Below, piece after piece: positions 35,012 to 48,564 of a stretch of 64,000 bases of DNA (position 1 is its first letter; every line of letters starts with the position of its first letter). The stretch is from the NCBI GenBank assembly GCA_963755915.1, contig CAVWLP010000002.1, positions 2,752,001-2,816,000 of the forward strand, given 5' to 3'. The translations under genes and the position numbers were made by a program. The notes under the pieces were generated by a model, which worked only from the letters and a program-made list of their open reading frames with translations, did no database searches and was not told the DNA's origin. This DNA is from an uncultured Phycisphaerales bacterium. GTDB lineage: Bacteria; Planctomycetota; Phycisphaerae; Tepidisphaerales; Tepidisphaeraceae.

Positions 35012-35938
35012 CTACCAATTCCAGAATTGCCACCAATGATGCGAACTTGTGGAGGAAACCGGCGTTGCCGAAACCGTTGGATGGGCCTGGACGGCCGTGC
35101 TGGCTACCTGCGGGATGTTGCTTTTGGCCGCCTCGGGTTTTGCCGAAGCCTGGCCGGAAACCGGCATTGGTTTGTTCAAAACCGCCATCAGCACACGATG
35201 TCCGACCTGCTCATAAGCCGCATTTTCGCTGGAAGGCAGTTTCAAAAAATGCTCGTTCACATCCGAGAATTCGGCCAGGAGGTTTCCGCGAAGCCGATCC
35301 GTGGTCAGAGAATCGGGAACGAGTAATTTCCATTCGCCGCTCTTCTCGCAAATCATCGCCACATGCAGTCCCGGCAATCCCGCGGCGGATTTGATTTTCG
35401 CCAGCGCGATCGGCCGGCTTCCCAGTATCGGATGCGCGCTCAGCGTCTGACCCGTTGCCCTGGTCACTTGCGAAATCAACATCGAATCATCGTCCGGCGC
35501 GGCCGGCTGGATCGACACATCCGATTTTCCAAACACGTCGCCGGCGCGCTGGATATCGAAAGTGGTCCCGTATTTCGCCTTCCAGTTGTTCGAAAGCTTG
35601 TTGATCTGCGCGTCCAGCTTCGACCCATAATCATGGTCGTAATCCGCCGCCTTCATGATGCGCTGCCGGGCCGGCGCGGCGAACGTCGATACCAGCTTGT
35701 CCGTGTCCTTCGGGTTCAGGGCGTAGGCCGTTATCCGGCCAAACTCCGTCCGAATGTTGGAATCGGCCATATTCATCGTCAGCGAATAATTGCTTTTACT
35801 ATTTTCGCTCGATATGGTGTGGATAGCCGAGGGCTCCGTTGACGGGCTGTTCAACCCGGTGCTCGCGACCGCATTTGTCGCGGCAATACTCAAACCACTG
35901 ACCGCCGCCGCGGCGATCACTATCACTGCGCGTTTCAT
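35012..35938 (-). CDS. Secreted hypothetical protein with Trp-rich C-terminus
   Basis: GAGGAG RBS, signal peptide, ends HHWWQFWNW. Confidence 0.75.
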   Translation of the reverse strand: MKRAVIVIAAAAVSGLSIAATNAVASTGLNSPSTEPSAIHTISSENSKSNYSLTMNMADSNIRTEFGRITAYALNPKDTDKLVSTFAAPARQRIMKAADYDHDYGSKLDAQINKLSNNWKAKYGTTFDIQRAGDVFGKSDVSIQPAAPDDDSMLISQVTRATGQTLSAHPILGSRPIALAKIKSAAGLPGLHVAMICEKSGEWKLLVPDSLTTDRLRGNLLAEFSDVNEHFLKLPSSENAAYEQVGHRVLMAVLNKPMPVSGQASAKPEAAKSNIPQVASTAVQAHPTVSATPVSSTSSHHWWQFWNW

Positions 35939-36248
35939 AAAAACTCCTCAAAAAAAATATGGGACCGCAAAATTTGTCGGCGGCAAATTCCCTCACCCCA
36001 AATTCCGTCATCCCGCCGGCCTCTACCGGGCTGGTTGACGCCGACTGCGAAATGTTCGCTCGGTCTACCCCTCAATCATGCGCGCGCATAATCTGCGGTT
36101 GCATCGATTTGACAATTCGCCTGCAAAATCGACCAGCCCAATTTTCACATGCGGGGATTTTGGACCACCCCAAAAAATTCGGTTTTCCGATTGAACGGTC
36201 CGAGGAGCGGTGCGAGGTCGCTGTAAGACCGGCATCGAATCGGTAGTA

Positions 36249-36527
36249 TCAGTCTTTGGCTTCGCGGATATTTTCCAGAACCCTTGCCGTGGCGTTGATG
36301 CCGCTCCCCTTTGGCATCAATCCCAGGATTGTCGCCTGCGTCTCATCGTCCTGCTTGACGATGCAATCAATCACCCGCGACACCACCGAATTGTTCGTAC
36401 TAAGGAAACGACTGCCGGCCTCACCCAGCCGGGCAGGGACACCGGGCGATACCTCAATCCGCATGATGACTCGTTTTGCGCTTTTCATGGCTTGGGCACT
36501 GTAGCCTTTCAATGCCATTTTGGCCAT
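36249..36527 (-). CDS. Small protein, possibly ribbon-helix-helix DNA-binding
   Basis: 92 aa; RVIMRIEVS strand followed by two helices; fold guess only. Confidence 0.45.
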   Translation of the reverse strand: MAKMALKGYSAQAMKSAKRVIMRIEVSPGVPARLGEAGSRFLSTNNSVVSRVIDCIVKQDDETQATILGLMPKGSGINATARVLENIREAKD

Positions 36528-36637
36528 TGTAAAACCGCGCCTTTCAGCGGCTTAAAAATTATGGATCAATCGAGCGGCGGGGGTTATCGCAACTCCGTCA
36601 GGTTTTTTGTGAATACCTGCCATCGCCGATTGATTAT

Positions 36638-36710
<73 letters not shown>

Positions 36711-36841
36711 GTGCGTTCGAGCCCGGCAGAATAGGCGAATTCCACCGCCGGAGCAAAGGCCCTGGCTTTGCCGGCGAACCATTGGGGAACTTCCCGCCGG
36801 AATGCAACGTGTTACAATCCGCCGTCGAAACGGGCAGCCAC

Positions 36842-37800
36842 ATGCAAGCCATCCGAATCCACCAGTTTGGCGAACCCGACGTCCTCAAGCTCGAAGACAT
36901 CCCCACGCCGCCCATCGCCGCCGGCCAGGTCGTGCTGCGAACCCGGGCCATCGGCGTCAACCCGGTCGAAACCTACATCCGCGCTGGGAAATACGGCCCC
37001 AGGGACTTCCCGTTCACCCCCGGCAACGATTGCGCCGGCCTTGTCGAGCGCGTCGGAGACCGCGTCAAACGCTTTAAGGCCGGCGACCGTGTGTATACCG
37101 ACAGAACCATCTCCGGTTCCTACGCCCAGCTCGTTCTCTGCGACGCGGAAAATGTTCACCCGCTGCCGCAGCGAGCCACGTTCCAGCAGGGCGCCGCAAT
37201 CGGTGCTCCGGGCGGGGCGGCCTACCGCGCCTCTTCCAGCGCGGCCGCGGGATCGCGGGCGAAACCGTTCTGGTTCACGGCGCCACCGGCGGCGTCGGCA
37301 CCGCCGCGGTGCAACTCGCGCGCGCTTCCGGCATGTACGTGGTCGCCACTGCCTCTTCCGAAGCCGGCCGGACCTACGCCATCGAGCACGGCGCTCACCA
37401 CGCCGTGGATCACGACATCACATCGCGTCTCGACGAAGTCAAATCCCTCACCGCGGGCAAAGGCTTCGACCTGATCGTCGAAATGCTCGCGAATAAAAAT
37501 TTGGCCGCCGATCTTCCCGCGCTGAATAAAGGCGGCCGCGTCGTCATCGTCGGCAGCCGCGGGAAAATCGAGATCGATCCGCGCGATACGATGGCCCGCG
37601 AGGCCGAAATCCTGGGCATGACGGTCTTCGCCGCCACCTCCACTGAGCATCGCCAAATGTACAGCGCTCTCACCGCCGCGCTCGAATCCGGCATCTACAT
37701 CCCCGTCATCGGCCTCGAGCTCCCCCTCGCCGAAGCCGCCAAGGCCCACCAGCTCGTTATCGAAGGGGATCATTTCGGCAAAATCGTCCTGATCCCGTGA
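36842..37800 (+). CDS. qor: NADPH:quinone reductase (zeta-crystallin/MDR family; frameshift ~37240)
   Basis: FGEPDVL, IGVNPVETYIRAG, PFTPGND.AG, VHGATGGVG, GKIVL. Confidence 0.85.
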
Positions 37801-37904
37801 TTGAGTCACCTTCGCACTTTCACACCTTCTCACTTTCGCACCTTTCCCACCCTTCCCTCCCCGCCCGTATTAGGGTATTGTCCGGGTCCACCGAACGGAG
37901 TCGA

Positions 37905-39268
37905 ATGATCTACGCCATCGCAGCCGCGACTTTGATTCTCGGAATCGCCGGCGGAATATTCATCGGAATCAATCTCGGCTCCCGCCGCCAGAAAATCGAC
38001 CTCGCCGTTTCCCAGCAGCGCCAATCCGATCTGACGCAACAGCTCGACGCCGAAAAAACGCAAACCCAATCTCTGCGCGAAACCCTTGGCGAATCAGACC
38101 GAAATCTCGCCTCGCTTCGCGCCCAGTTCACGGCCGCCCAGCAAAACCTTCTCGAACAGCGAAAGCTCCTCGACGACGCCCAGCACCAGCTCCGCCAGGC
38201 GTTCGCCAGCGCCTCGGCCGAGGCCCTGACGCGCAACAACGAGACGTTTCTGCAGCTTGCCCGCGAGCGTTTCGCCACCATCTCCGCCGAAGCGACCGGC
38301 TCGCTTGAGCAGCGCAAGGAGCAGATCGACGCCCTGCTTAAGCCCCTGCGCGAGCTGATGGGCCAATACCAGATCCGGCTGGGCGAAATTGAAAAATCGC
38401 GCGTCGAATCCTATAGCATGCTCCGCGAGCAGCTTGGCGTGATGGCCGAATCGCAGCGAACGCTCAACACGCAAACCTCGCAGCTCGTCACCGCGCTCTC
38501 TCGTCCGACCACGCGCGGCCAATGGGGCGAAATCTCCCTGCGCCGGCTCGTCGAACTCGCCGGCCTCTCGAATCGCACCGATTTTATCGAGCAGGAAACT
38601 GTCGCCGGCGAGCAGGGCCGCCTCAAGCCCGATCTCGTCGTGCATCTGCCGCGGGAACGGGACGTGATCGTTGACTGCAAAACCTGCTTTGACGCCTTTC
38701 TCGACGCCGCCTCCGCAACCGATGAGGACAACCGAAAGGTCCATCTCCAGCGCCACGCCCAGCAGGTGCGCACCGCGCCCGCGATCTTTCCGCCAAGGCC
38801 TACTGGTCGCAGTTTGCTCACTCCCCCGAATACGTGATCATGTTCCTGCCTGGCGAAGCGTTCCTCTACGCCGCCGTCGAGAACGATCCATCGATCATCG
38901 AAGACTGCATCAAAAATCGCGTGCTGATCGCCACGCCTACGACGCTGATCGCGCTGCTGAAAACCATCGAATTCGGCTGGCGCCAGGAAGAAATGACGGA
39001 AAACGCGGAGCAGATTAAATCGCTGGGCGTCGAGCTCTACGATCGCATCTTCACGGTTCTCAGCCACATCCAGAAACTCGGGACGAATCTCGACTCGGCC
39101 GTAAAAAGTTACAATGCGGCCCTGGGGTCGCTGGAAACGCGCGTTTTGTCGACGGCGCGAAAGATGGCCGATCTGGGGGCGCGATCGACAAAAGAATTGC
39201 CGGAGCCTCAGCTTATTGAGCAGATGCCCCGTGAAATCCCTTCGCTGGCCTCCAATTCCCAGCCGTGA
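37905..39268 (+). CDS. rmuC: DNA recombination protein RmuC (frameshift ~38772)
   Basis: TM + coiled coil, [22 protein letters not shown]...[22 protein letters not shown]. Confidence 0.92.
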
Positions 39269-40499
39269 CGCAAATGAATCCTCTCGCCGATCTTCCGGTC
39301 ACGCTGAAAGACATCCTCGCCGCGCACGAGCGGATCAAAGACGCCATCTATCGCAGCCCCTGCCCCTATTCGCTTCAGCTCAGCCAGCTTTGCGGGTGCA
39401 ATATCTACTGCAAGCTCGATCACTTGCAGATGACCGGCAGCTTCAAGGAGCGCGGGCGCGAAATAAGCTGCTGGTTCTTACGCCGGAGCAGCGCAAGTCG
39501 GGCGTCGTGGCCGCCTCGGCGGGGAATCATGCGCTGGGGTTGGCCTATCACGCGCAGAAGCTCGGAGTGCCCCTCACGGTTGTGATGCCTAAATGGGCGC
39601 CGCTGGTGAAGGTCACCAACTGCCGGACGTTTGGCGCTCACGTTCATCTTCACGGCGAGGCGTATGACGACGCAAAGATCTTTGCGATCAAGCTGGCGCA
39701 GGAAAAGAATCTGGCCTACGTCCCCGGGTTTGACGATGCGGACGTCATCGCCGGCGCCGGCACGATGGGGCTGGAAATCCTCCAGGATTTGCCGGATGTG
39801 GATGCCGTCATCGTGCCTATCGGCGGCGGGGGGCTTATCTCGGGAATCGCCGTGGCGGTGAAGTCGCTGAAGCCGTCCGTGCGCATCATCGGGGTCGAGC
39901 CGGCGCACGCGCCGACTCTTCACGAATCGCTCCGGCGCGGCAAACTCGTCCGGATCGACACGCAGCCGACGCTGGCGGATGGCCTGGCGGTCGCCGAGGG
40001 GGGAAAGCTTTGCTTTCAGGTCATTCAGAAACTGGTCGATCGAATCATGCTCGTGGATGAGGGGCAGATCGCGCTGTCGATCCTTCGTTTGCTTGAGCTG
40101 GAAAAAACCGTTGTGGAGGGCGCGGGCGCTGTGCCGCTGGCGGCCGCGATGGACAAGAGCATGGGATTGGCGGGCAAAAACGTGGTGCTTACGCTTTGCG
40201 GGGGAAACATCGACCTCACTACCATTTCCCGCGTGATCGACCGCGGCCTCGCTGCGGATGGGCGGCTGTGCCGGGTCTTCGCTCGCCTGCTCGACCGCCC
40301 CGGCGCACTGGCGAATCTGTGCGCGGTTTTGGCCTCTACCGGGGCGAGCATCGAGGACGTTTCGCACGATCGGCACTTTGGGCCCGCGGACATCGCACGC
40401 GTGGTCGTCGTGTGCACGCTAGAGACGCGCGACTTCGATCACATCACTGAAATTCGGATGACGCTTCAGGAAAAAGGGATTGATGCGAAGGTGGAATAG
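39265..40499 (+). CDS. ilvA: Threonine ammonia-lyase with C-terminal ACT domain (frameshift ~39460)
   Basis: [48 protein letters not shown]; could be the catabolic tdcB type. Confidence 0.85.
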
Positions 40500-40672
40500 C
40501 TTCGCGGATCGATTTTTTGCGCCAGCCTCTCAATTACAAAAGTTTACACTCGGCAACAAACTGGGAGGGGTTGGGAAAGCTGGGCGTGTCGAAACGATGG
40601 TCCGTGTGAGAACTGGATTCACATAAGCTGCTGGCGTAGTCTAGCGAACCACGCTGAGGGAGGTGTTTGGGA

Positions 40673-42660
40673 ATGTTTCGGAAAAGACTGGGCTTGAGTC
40701 GGGGAATTTGTTTTTCATTTGTGTTGTTACTGTCGCATTTGGCCGTGGGGCAAAGTACGCGCGGCGATGAGTTGAGCGATTTGATGAGCAAAGCCAACAG
40801 CGGCGATCCGGCCGCGATGTTCAAGCTGGGGATGGATTATCAGTCGGGGAAACTGGTGGGACAGGACCTGGCGGCGAGCCGGTCGTGGGTGCAGAAGGCC
40901 GCGGAAGCGGGAAATACGGACGCGATGGATCGGATGGGAAACATCGATCGATTCGGCTACTGCGGCGCAACGCGCGACACTGCGGCCGCAATCAAGTGGT
41001 ATCAAATAGAAGCCAGGGCCGGCGCCCCCCTTGGGATGCTTGACCTTGCAGTCTGCTATCGGAATGGGATCGGGCTGCCAAAGGATATCGAGCAGGCAAA
41101 TAAATTGTACGCGCAGGCGTTTGCGGTAGCGCATCCCAAAGCGGCGCAGGGAGATCTGGGCGCCTCCCGTTGCCTGGGATGGATCTATTCCGAGGGCCTG
41201 GGTGTAACCAAAGATTGGGCGCAGTCCAATTCCTGGTATCAGAAGGCCGCCGACGGGGGAGACGCGTACGCAATGTATTCGGTCGGGTATAGCTACGAGC
41301 ACGGGCTGGGCAGGGCGCGCGATTACGCAGAGGCGATGAAATGGTACATGAAGGCCGCTGACGCCGGGGCTTTGGGGGGTATTGTCCGCATGGGAGATAT
41401 GTATTCGCACGGGGAAGGCGTTCCCAAGGATTACACCCAGGCGATGAATTGCTACGGGGCCGCCGCCGGCGCGGGGGATCCCGGCGCCATGAATGATATT
41501 GGCTGGCTTTACGTTTATGGCCGGGGCGTGCAGCGCGATTATCACCAGGCGATAGACTGGTTCAAGAAGTGTGCCGACACGGGCGACGGAGTGGGTATGG
41601 GCAGCGTCGGCGATCTTTATCGCTATGGACAGGGCGTCCGCGGGATTACCAGCAGGCGATGAGCTGGTATTTGAAGGGGGTCGATGCGGGCGATCCCAAG
41701 GCGATGAACAGCGCGGGCGAAATGTGCGCGTGGGGATTGGGGGTGGCGCAGGATTACGCGAAGGCGATGAAATGGTTCCAAAGGGGAGCCAGTGGCGGAA
41801 ACGCAACGGCGATTGACAATATTGGGTATCTTTACCAGTACGGCTGGGGCGTGCCCAAGGATTATCGACAGGCGATGACCTGGTATAGAAAGGCTGCATA
41901 TGAGGGGGACGCGCGGGCGTTCTGCGAAATCGGTTATTTGTACGAGTATGGTTGGGGCGTGGATCAGGATTATGGTGCGGCGATGGGGTGGTTTCACCGG
42001 GCGGCGGATGAGGACTTTCTTCCGGGGATGATCGCGGTGGGGGACATGTATGTGCGCGGGTGGGGGGTGTATCGCGATTTTGGCCAGGCGATGAGTTGGT
42101 ATCGCAAGGCGGCGGACGAGGGAAGCCGGGTGGGGATGGATTATCTCGGAAACATGTACCAAATCGGCATGGGCGTGAGCCGCGATTATGCGCAGGCCTT
42201 GAATTGGTTCCAGAAGGCCGCCGAAGCGGGCAGCGCGCCGGCGATGACGAGCATTGGCCTTCTGTACGAATCCGGGCTTGGCGTCGAGAAGGATTATGGG
42301 GCGGCGATGATGTGGTATCGCAAGGCCGCCGACAACGGCAACGGGGCCGCGATGAACTCGATCGGGCGATTGTATGCGTTCGGCCTGGGGGTGGATCCGG
42401 ATTTCAGCGAGGCAGTGTCGTGGTATCGGAAGGCCGCGGCCAAAGGAGATGCGCTGGCCATGTGGAACCTGGGACTGGCTTTTGAGAGCGGGGCGGGCGT
42501 GGAGAAGGACATGACACAGGCGCACGTGTGGATGCGAAAGTCGGCCGACCTTGGATATGTGAAGGCGAAGCAATGGCTCGCGCGCCATGGGGTGGCGACG
42601 GAGCCGTCTACAAATCCATCGGTGCCCCCACCGGATGGCGCGGGGGACGGGGGGAGTTGA
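40673..42660 (+). CDS. Secreted Sel1-repeat protein (frameshift ~41640)
   Basis: Signal peptide and many AM..IG..Y..G.GV..DY..AM.WY.KAA..G repeats. Confidence 0.9.
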
Positions 42661-42754
42661 GGCGGGGCGATGGGTGGATCACGAAAGACGCGCCCCGCAA
42701 GCGGGGCGGCTACACGGGGACGGGGGATGTCGTTGAGGCGTCGTATTCCATTCC

Positions 42755-44892
<2,138 letters not shown>

Positions 44893-44931
44893 ATTGCCGC
44901 TCCTCCCGGGGACAAGTTCCCCCCCGGGCGC

Positions 44932-45846
44932 CTATGCAGCCTTCTCCGCGGGAAGGGGTTTGTTGGCCATTGACAGGTATAGTCCGTTGGAGGCGCGCTT
45001 GGATGATTGTGTGACCGATGCGATGGCACGATCGAGCATGGTGCGGTCATACGGTTCGCCCGCTTCGGCGATTCCAATGCAGCAGGTGACCGGCACCACG
45101 GCATCCCGATATGAAAACCGCGCCTTTGAGAGCCCCGTTTTCATCCGCGCGGCGATGGCAATCGCCTGATCCATGGACGTGTCGGGCAACAGGACGGCGA
45201 AGTCGTCGCCGCCCAAACGACAGAGGACATCCTCGAGGCGGAAGGCCTCGCGGATTACGTGGGCGACGCTGGTCAGCACACCGTCGCCGAACGATTGTCC
45301 ATAGCAGTTGTTGATCGTCGAGAATCCGTCGATGTCGATATAGGTGACGGTCAGGGGCCGGCCTCCACGCGCACGCACGGAAACCTCGGCGGCGAGCCGC
45401 TGGTTGAAGAGCTTGCGGTTGCCGAAGCCGGTCAGGGTGTCGACTAGGGAGCTGTCTTCAAGGGTTTTAATCACGCGCTGAATTCGCAGCGAGGCATGAA
45501 CCCGGGCCTGGAGTTCGGCGGCCTCGAAGGGCTTGGTGATGTAATCGGTGGCGCCCATTTCCAGGCCCTGGACCTTGTCGCCGGTCTCTGATTTGGAGGT
45601 GAGGAAGATGACGGGGACGCTCCAGAGGCTGGCATCGGCCTTCATGCGTCGGCAGAATTCGAAGCCGTCGATTTCCGGCATGTCGACGTCGAGCAGGAGC
45701 AGGTCGGGCTTGAGCGACGCGGCCAGGGTTAGGCCGTAGGTGGAATTGGTGGCGGAGTGGACCTCGATGGGATCGTCAGCCAGAACGGATTTCACCAGGG
45801 TGTGGATCGGTGGTGAATCGTCAACGACGAGGAGATGCTTATTCAT
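44932..45846 (-). CDS. REC-GGDEF diguanylate cyclase
   Basis: LLDVDMP; DTLTGFGNR, DIDGF..IN..YG, RLED (I-site), RLGGDDF. Confidence 0.88.
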   Translation of the reverse strand: MNKHLLVVDDSPPIHTLVKSVLADDPIEVHSATNSTYGLTLAASLKPDLLLLDVDMPEIDGFEFCRRMKADASLWSVPVIFLTSKSETGDKVQGLEMGATDYITKPFEAAELQARVHASLRIQRVIKTLEDSSLVDTLTGFGNRKLFNQRLAAEVSVRARGGRPLTVTYIDIDGFSTINNCYGQSFGDGVLTSVAHVIREAFRLEDVLCRLGGDDFAVLLPDTSMDQAIAIAARMKTGLSKARFSYRDAVVPVTCCIGIAEAGEPYDRTMLDRAIASVTQSSKRASNGLYLSMANKPLPAEKAA

Positions 45847-45905
45847 TAGTTCGGCCTCCCAAGGCGATATGTACGTCCGCGCTTCTCGGCCGATGGGCCG
45901 ATCGA

Positions 45906-46784
45906 TCAGCGCGGAGGACGAGCCACCGACACCGATGCCCGGCCATTCAGTTTCGCTCTCTTCAGCGCACCGTCGGCGCGTTCCAGGACCGGCTGCCCGG
46001 CCGCCACGGCGGTGTCCGCCACACCGAACGTGCAGGTGACGCGGGAATCCGTTCCGGCTCCGAGGACCTCCAGCTCCCTGATCTTTTCGCTGAGGCGCTG
46101 GGCCGTCCGCCCGGCGTCGCGGCGGTCGAGTCCCGGCGCGGCGATCATGAACCGGCCGGCACCCCAGTCGGCGACGAGGTCTCCGGGGCGGCTATGCTTG
46201 ACGAGCATTTCGCCGATGCGGGAGATAACCTCGTCTCCGCCGGAGGTTCCGAAGCGGCCGTTGATGATGCGGAGTTCGTCGACGTCGCAGGCGATGCAGG
46301 CCAGCGATTTGCCGTCGCCAGCGACCGCCGCTTCATGGCTGGCCAGAAAGGCTTCCAAATCGGCCCGTCGGTGCAGGCCCGGGGTGCGTTGTGTATCGGG
46401 GTGAGGCTCCGCCTCACGTTTCTTTATCGATGACTGAACCGAAGCTAGTAATGACTCCGGAGTGAAAGGCTTGGTGATATAGCCGGCGGCTCCCAGCTCG
46501 ATTCCCTTCGACTTATCCTGCCTGGCGAAATCGGCGGTGACGAAAATGACCGGGATGGGGGAAGTCTCCTTGCTGCTCTTGAGGCGGCGGCAGACTTCGA
46601 AGCCGTCCATGCCGGGCAGATCCACGTCCAGCAAAATGACGTTGGGTCGGTAATGCACTGCCAGGCTGAGCCCTCGGTTACCGTCGTAGGCCGTGTGAAA
46701 TGCCACGCCCAGGGAGCCAAAGACCGACTGGATCAGGCGATGCATGGGAAGTGAGTCGTCAATGGTAAGAATTGAAGCGTCCAT
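45906..46784 (-). CDS. REC + degenerate GGDEF protein
   Basis: LLDVDLP; A-site GAGRF, I-site RPGD retained. Confidence 0.8.
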   Translation of the reverse strand: MDASILTIDDSLPMHRLIQSVFGSLGVAFHTAYDGNRGLSLAVHYRPNVILLDVDLPGMDGFEVCRRLKSSKETSPIPVIFVTADFARQDKSKGIELGAAGYITKPFTPESLLASVQSSIKKREAEPHPDTQRTPGLHRRADLEAFLASHEAAVAGDGKSLACIACDVDELRIINGRFGTSGGDEVISRIGEMLVKHSRPGDLVADWGAGRFMIAAPGLDRRDAGRTAQRLSEKIRELEVLGAGTDSRVTCTFGVADTAVAAGQPVLERADGALKRAKLNGRASVSVARPPR

Positions 46785-46940
46785 AGCAGCTAAACCCTCG
46801 CTTACAGAAAAGAGAAAAAGTCTACGTATGTCATCATTCCGCTTTCCTACAAAAGTAGTTCGGTTGTCCTTCCGAAAAGGATTAGAAATTTTTCTCAAGA
46901 AAAACCTAAGTGACGGAACCCTTTTGTTTTCGGCCTCTTA

Positions 46941-47372
46941 TCACCGGAGGCAGTTTGTGAAGTTAATGTTATTCGCATATGTGGCGATCTTGTATTCCGG
47001 GAGCTGCGTTCGTAGTTCCCGGCCAATCCGGCTCTTCAGGTTCTCGGAGTCGAACGGCTTGGTCATGTAGTCGGCAGCGCCAAGCTTGAGAGCGCAAGCC
47101 CTTTCGTCCGTGCCGGATAGGGTGGTCAGGAAAATGACTGCCGCGCTGGACGTGTATGGATCGGCCTTGAGATGCCGGCAGACTTCAAAGCCGTTCATCG
47201 AGGGAAGGTCAAGGTCGAGCAGGATCAGGTCGAACCTGCCCGCGGCGGCCATTTCCAGCCCGGCGGGGCCGTCGTATGCCGACTCGATCCGCCACGGTTC
47301 CTCTTCCAGCGCCGAGCGGATCAGGCGATGAATGTCCTTCGAGTCGTCAATAATCAGAATTGATTGTTCCAT
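46941..47372 (-). CDS. Single-domain response regulator
   Basis: ILIIDD, LLDLDLP, FLT, ADYMTKPF. Confidence 0.85.
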   Translation of the reverse strand: MEQSILIIDDSKDIHRLIRSALEEEPWRIESAYDGPAGLEMAAAGRFDLILLDLDLPSMNGFEVCRHLKADPYTSSAAVIFLTTLSGTDERACALKLGAADYMTKPFDSENLKSRIGRELRTQLPEYKIATYANNINFTNCLR

Positions 47373-47395
47373 AACCCAGTTCCTCTCAAAAAGAG

Positions 47396-48328
47396 TCAGT
47401 TGTGCAGACGGCTGGCGGCCCAATCCGCCAGACGTGGTTCCGATAGTTCTCCCCCAAACAAAATACTTCCGTTGACGTGCTGGCGGGCGTCGGCGAGTGT
47501 TTCGACGGTCTTCTTGAGCAGGGCGCCGCCTCCGGAGAACTTTGAGAGCGCCACACCGATGGTGACCGCCGGCTGGACCGTGGTCAGGCCGCACATGTAG
47601 CCGGCATCAGAGATCGCCAGGCGGATGCGGTTTCCCAGCTCGATGGCGCTGCCCTTATCCGACGCGAATCCCAGCACGGCGTAGGTCTGCTCATCCCAGT
47701 GGCAGGTGACGTCCTCCTTTCGCAGCGAGGCGACGATTCCCTCGGCCGAGACGCGAACGAACTGGTCGAGGCTGTGCGGGCCGAGCTTGGCCGACATTCC
47801 CTGCCAGTCCTCCACCGCCGCCAGGAAGCAGGCCAGCGGCTTGCGCCACCGCCGGGCAGTGGATGCGTCCGTCTCGACCCGGTGCTCGAAATAGGTCCGG
47901 TTGAAAAGGCCGCTGCGCTTGTCGGTGGCCATCCGAGCCTCCGCGAGCTGAACGGCCTCGTGCGAGCGCAAAACGGACCTCACGCGAACCCGCAGCTCGT
48001 CGGGATCAAACGGCTTGGTGATGTAGTCGACGGCGCCCATGCCCATCCCTTTGAGCTTGTCCGCCATATCCGACCGCGAGGTCAGGAAAATGACCGGGAT
48101 ATCCTGGGTCGCCCGGTTCCATTTCAGCTGCCGGCAGACCTCGTATCCATTCAGGCCCGGCATGTTCATGTCGAGCAGGATGGCGTCCGGCTTCTGCTCG
48201 GAGGCATATTTCACCCCGGTCTCGCCGTCATACGCACCAATGCAGTGCGTAAACCAGTTTGACAGCGATTCCTTCGCCAGAGCATGAATCGCCTGGTCGT
48301 CATCCACCACGAGCACTCGGTGCGCCAT
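47396..48328 (-). CDS. REC + degenerate GGDEF protein
   Basis: LLDMNMP; TDKRSGLFNR; A-site DEQTY, I-site RKED retained; AAGGAG/GAGGG upstream. Confidence 0.8.
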   Translation of the reverse strand: MAHRVLVVDDDQAIHALAKESLSNWFTHCIGAYDGETGVKYASEQKPDAILLDMNMPGLNGYEVCRQLKWNRATQDIPVIFLTSRSDMADKLKGMGMGAVDYITKPFDPDELRVRVRSVLRSHEAVQLAEARMATDKRSGLFNRTYFEHRVETDASTARRWRKPLACFLAAVEDWQGMSAKLGPHSLDQFVRVSAEGIVASLRKEDVTCHWDEQTYAVLGFASDKGSAIELGNRIRLAISDAGYMCGLTTVQPAVTIGVALSKFSGGGALLKKTVETLADARQHVNGSILFGGELSEPRLADWAASRLHN

Positions 48329-48564
48329 TTTCGTCCCTCGCAAAGGAGTTACGTGAAATAAATCGATGCAAAAGCGATATCGCCCACGGCTTTAGTCGCA
48401 ATCAGGAATCTTTGGAAATTCAGGAGGAAATTTGCTAACAAGAAGGGGATGGATTGGCGCGGATTGACCTCCGGGCCGTCAGATAATATTTCCAGGCGTA
48501 GCAGTGAACCCCCGAATGTAGACTTCTGGTCAGAAAAGAAGCGATTCGATTCCGCAATGACGTT

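Noticed and set aside
30333-36637. Lower-GC stretch 3' of tRNA-Lys as a genomic island
   Set aside because: No integrase and no duplicated tRNA 3' end were seen; the genes carry lineage-typical motifs.
40673-42660. Repetitive DNA in the Sel1 gene as a novel array
   Set aside because: Fully explained by 36-aa Sel1 protein repeats.
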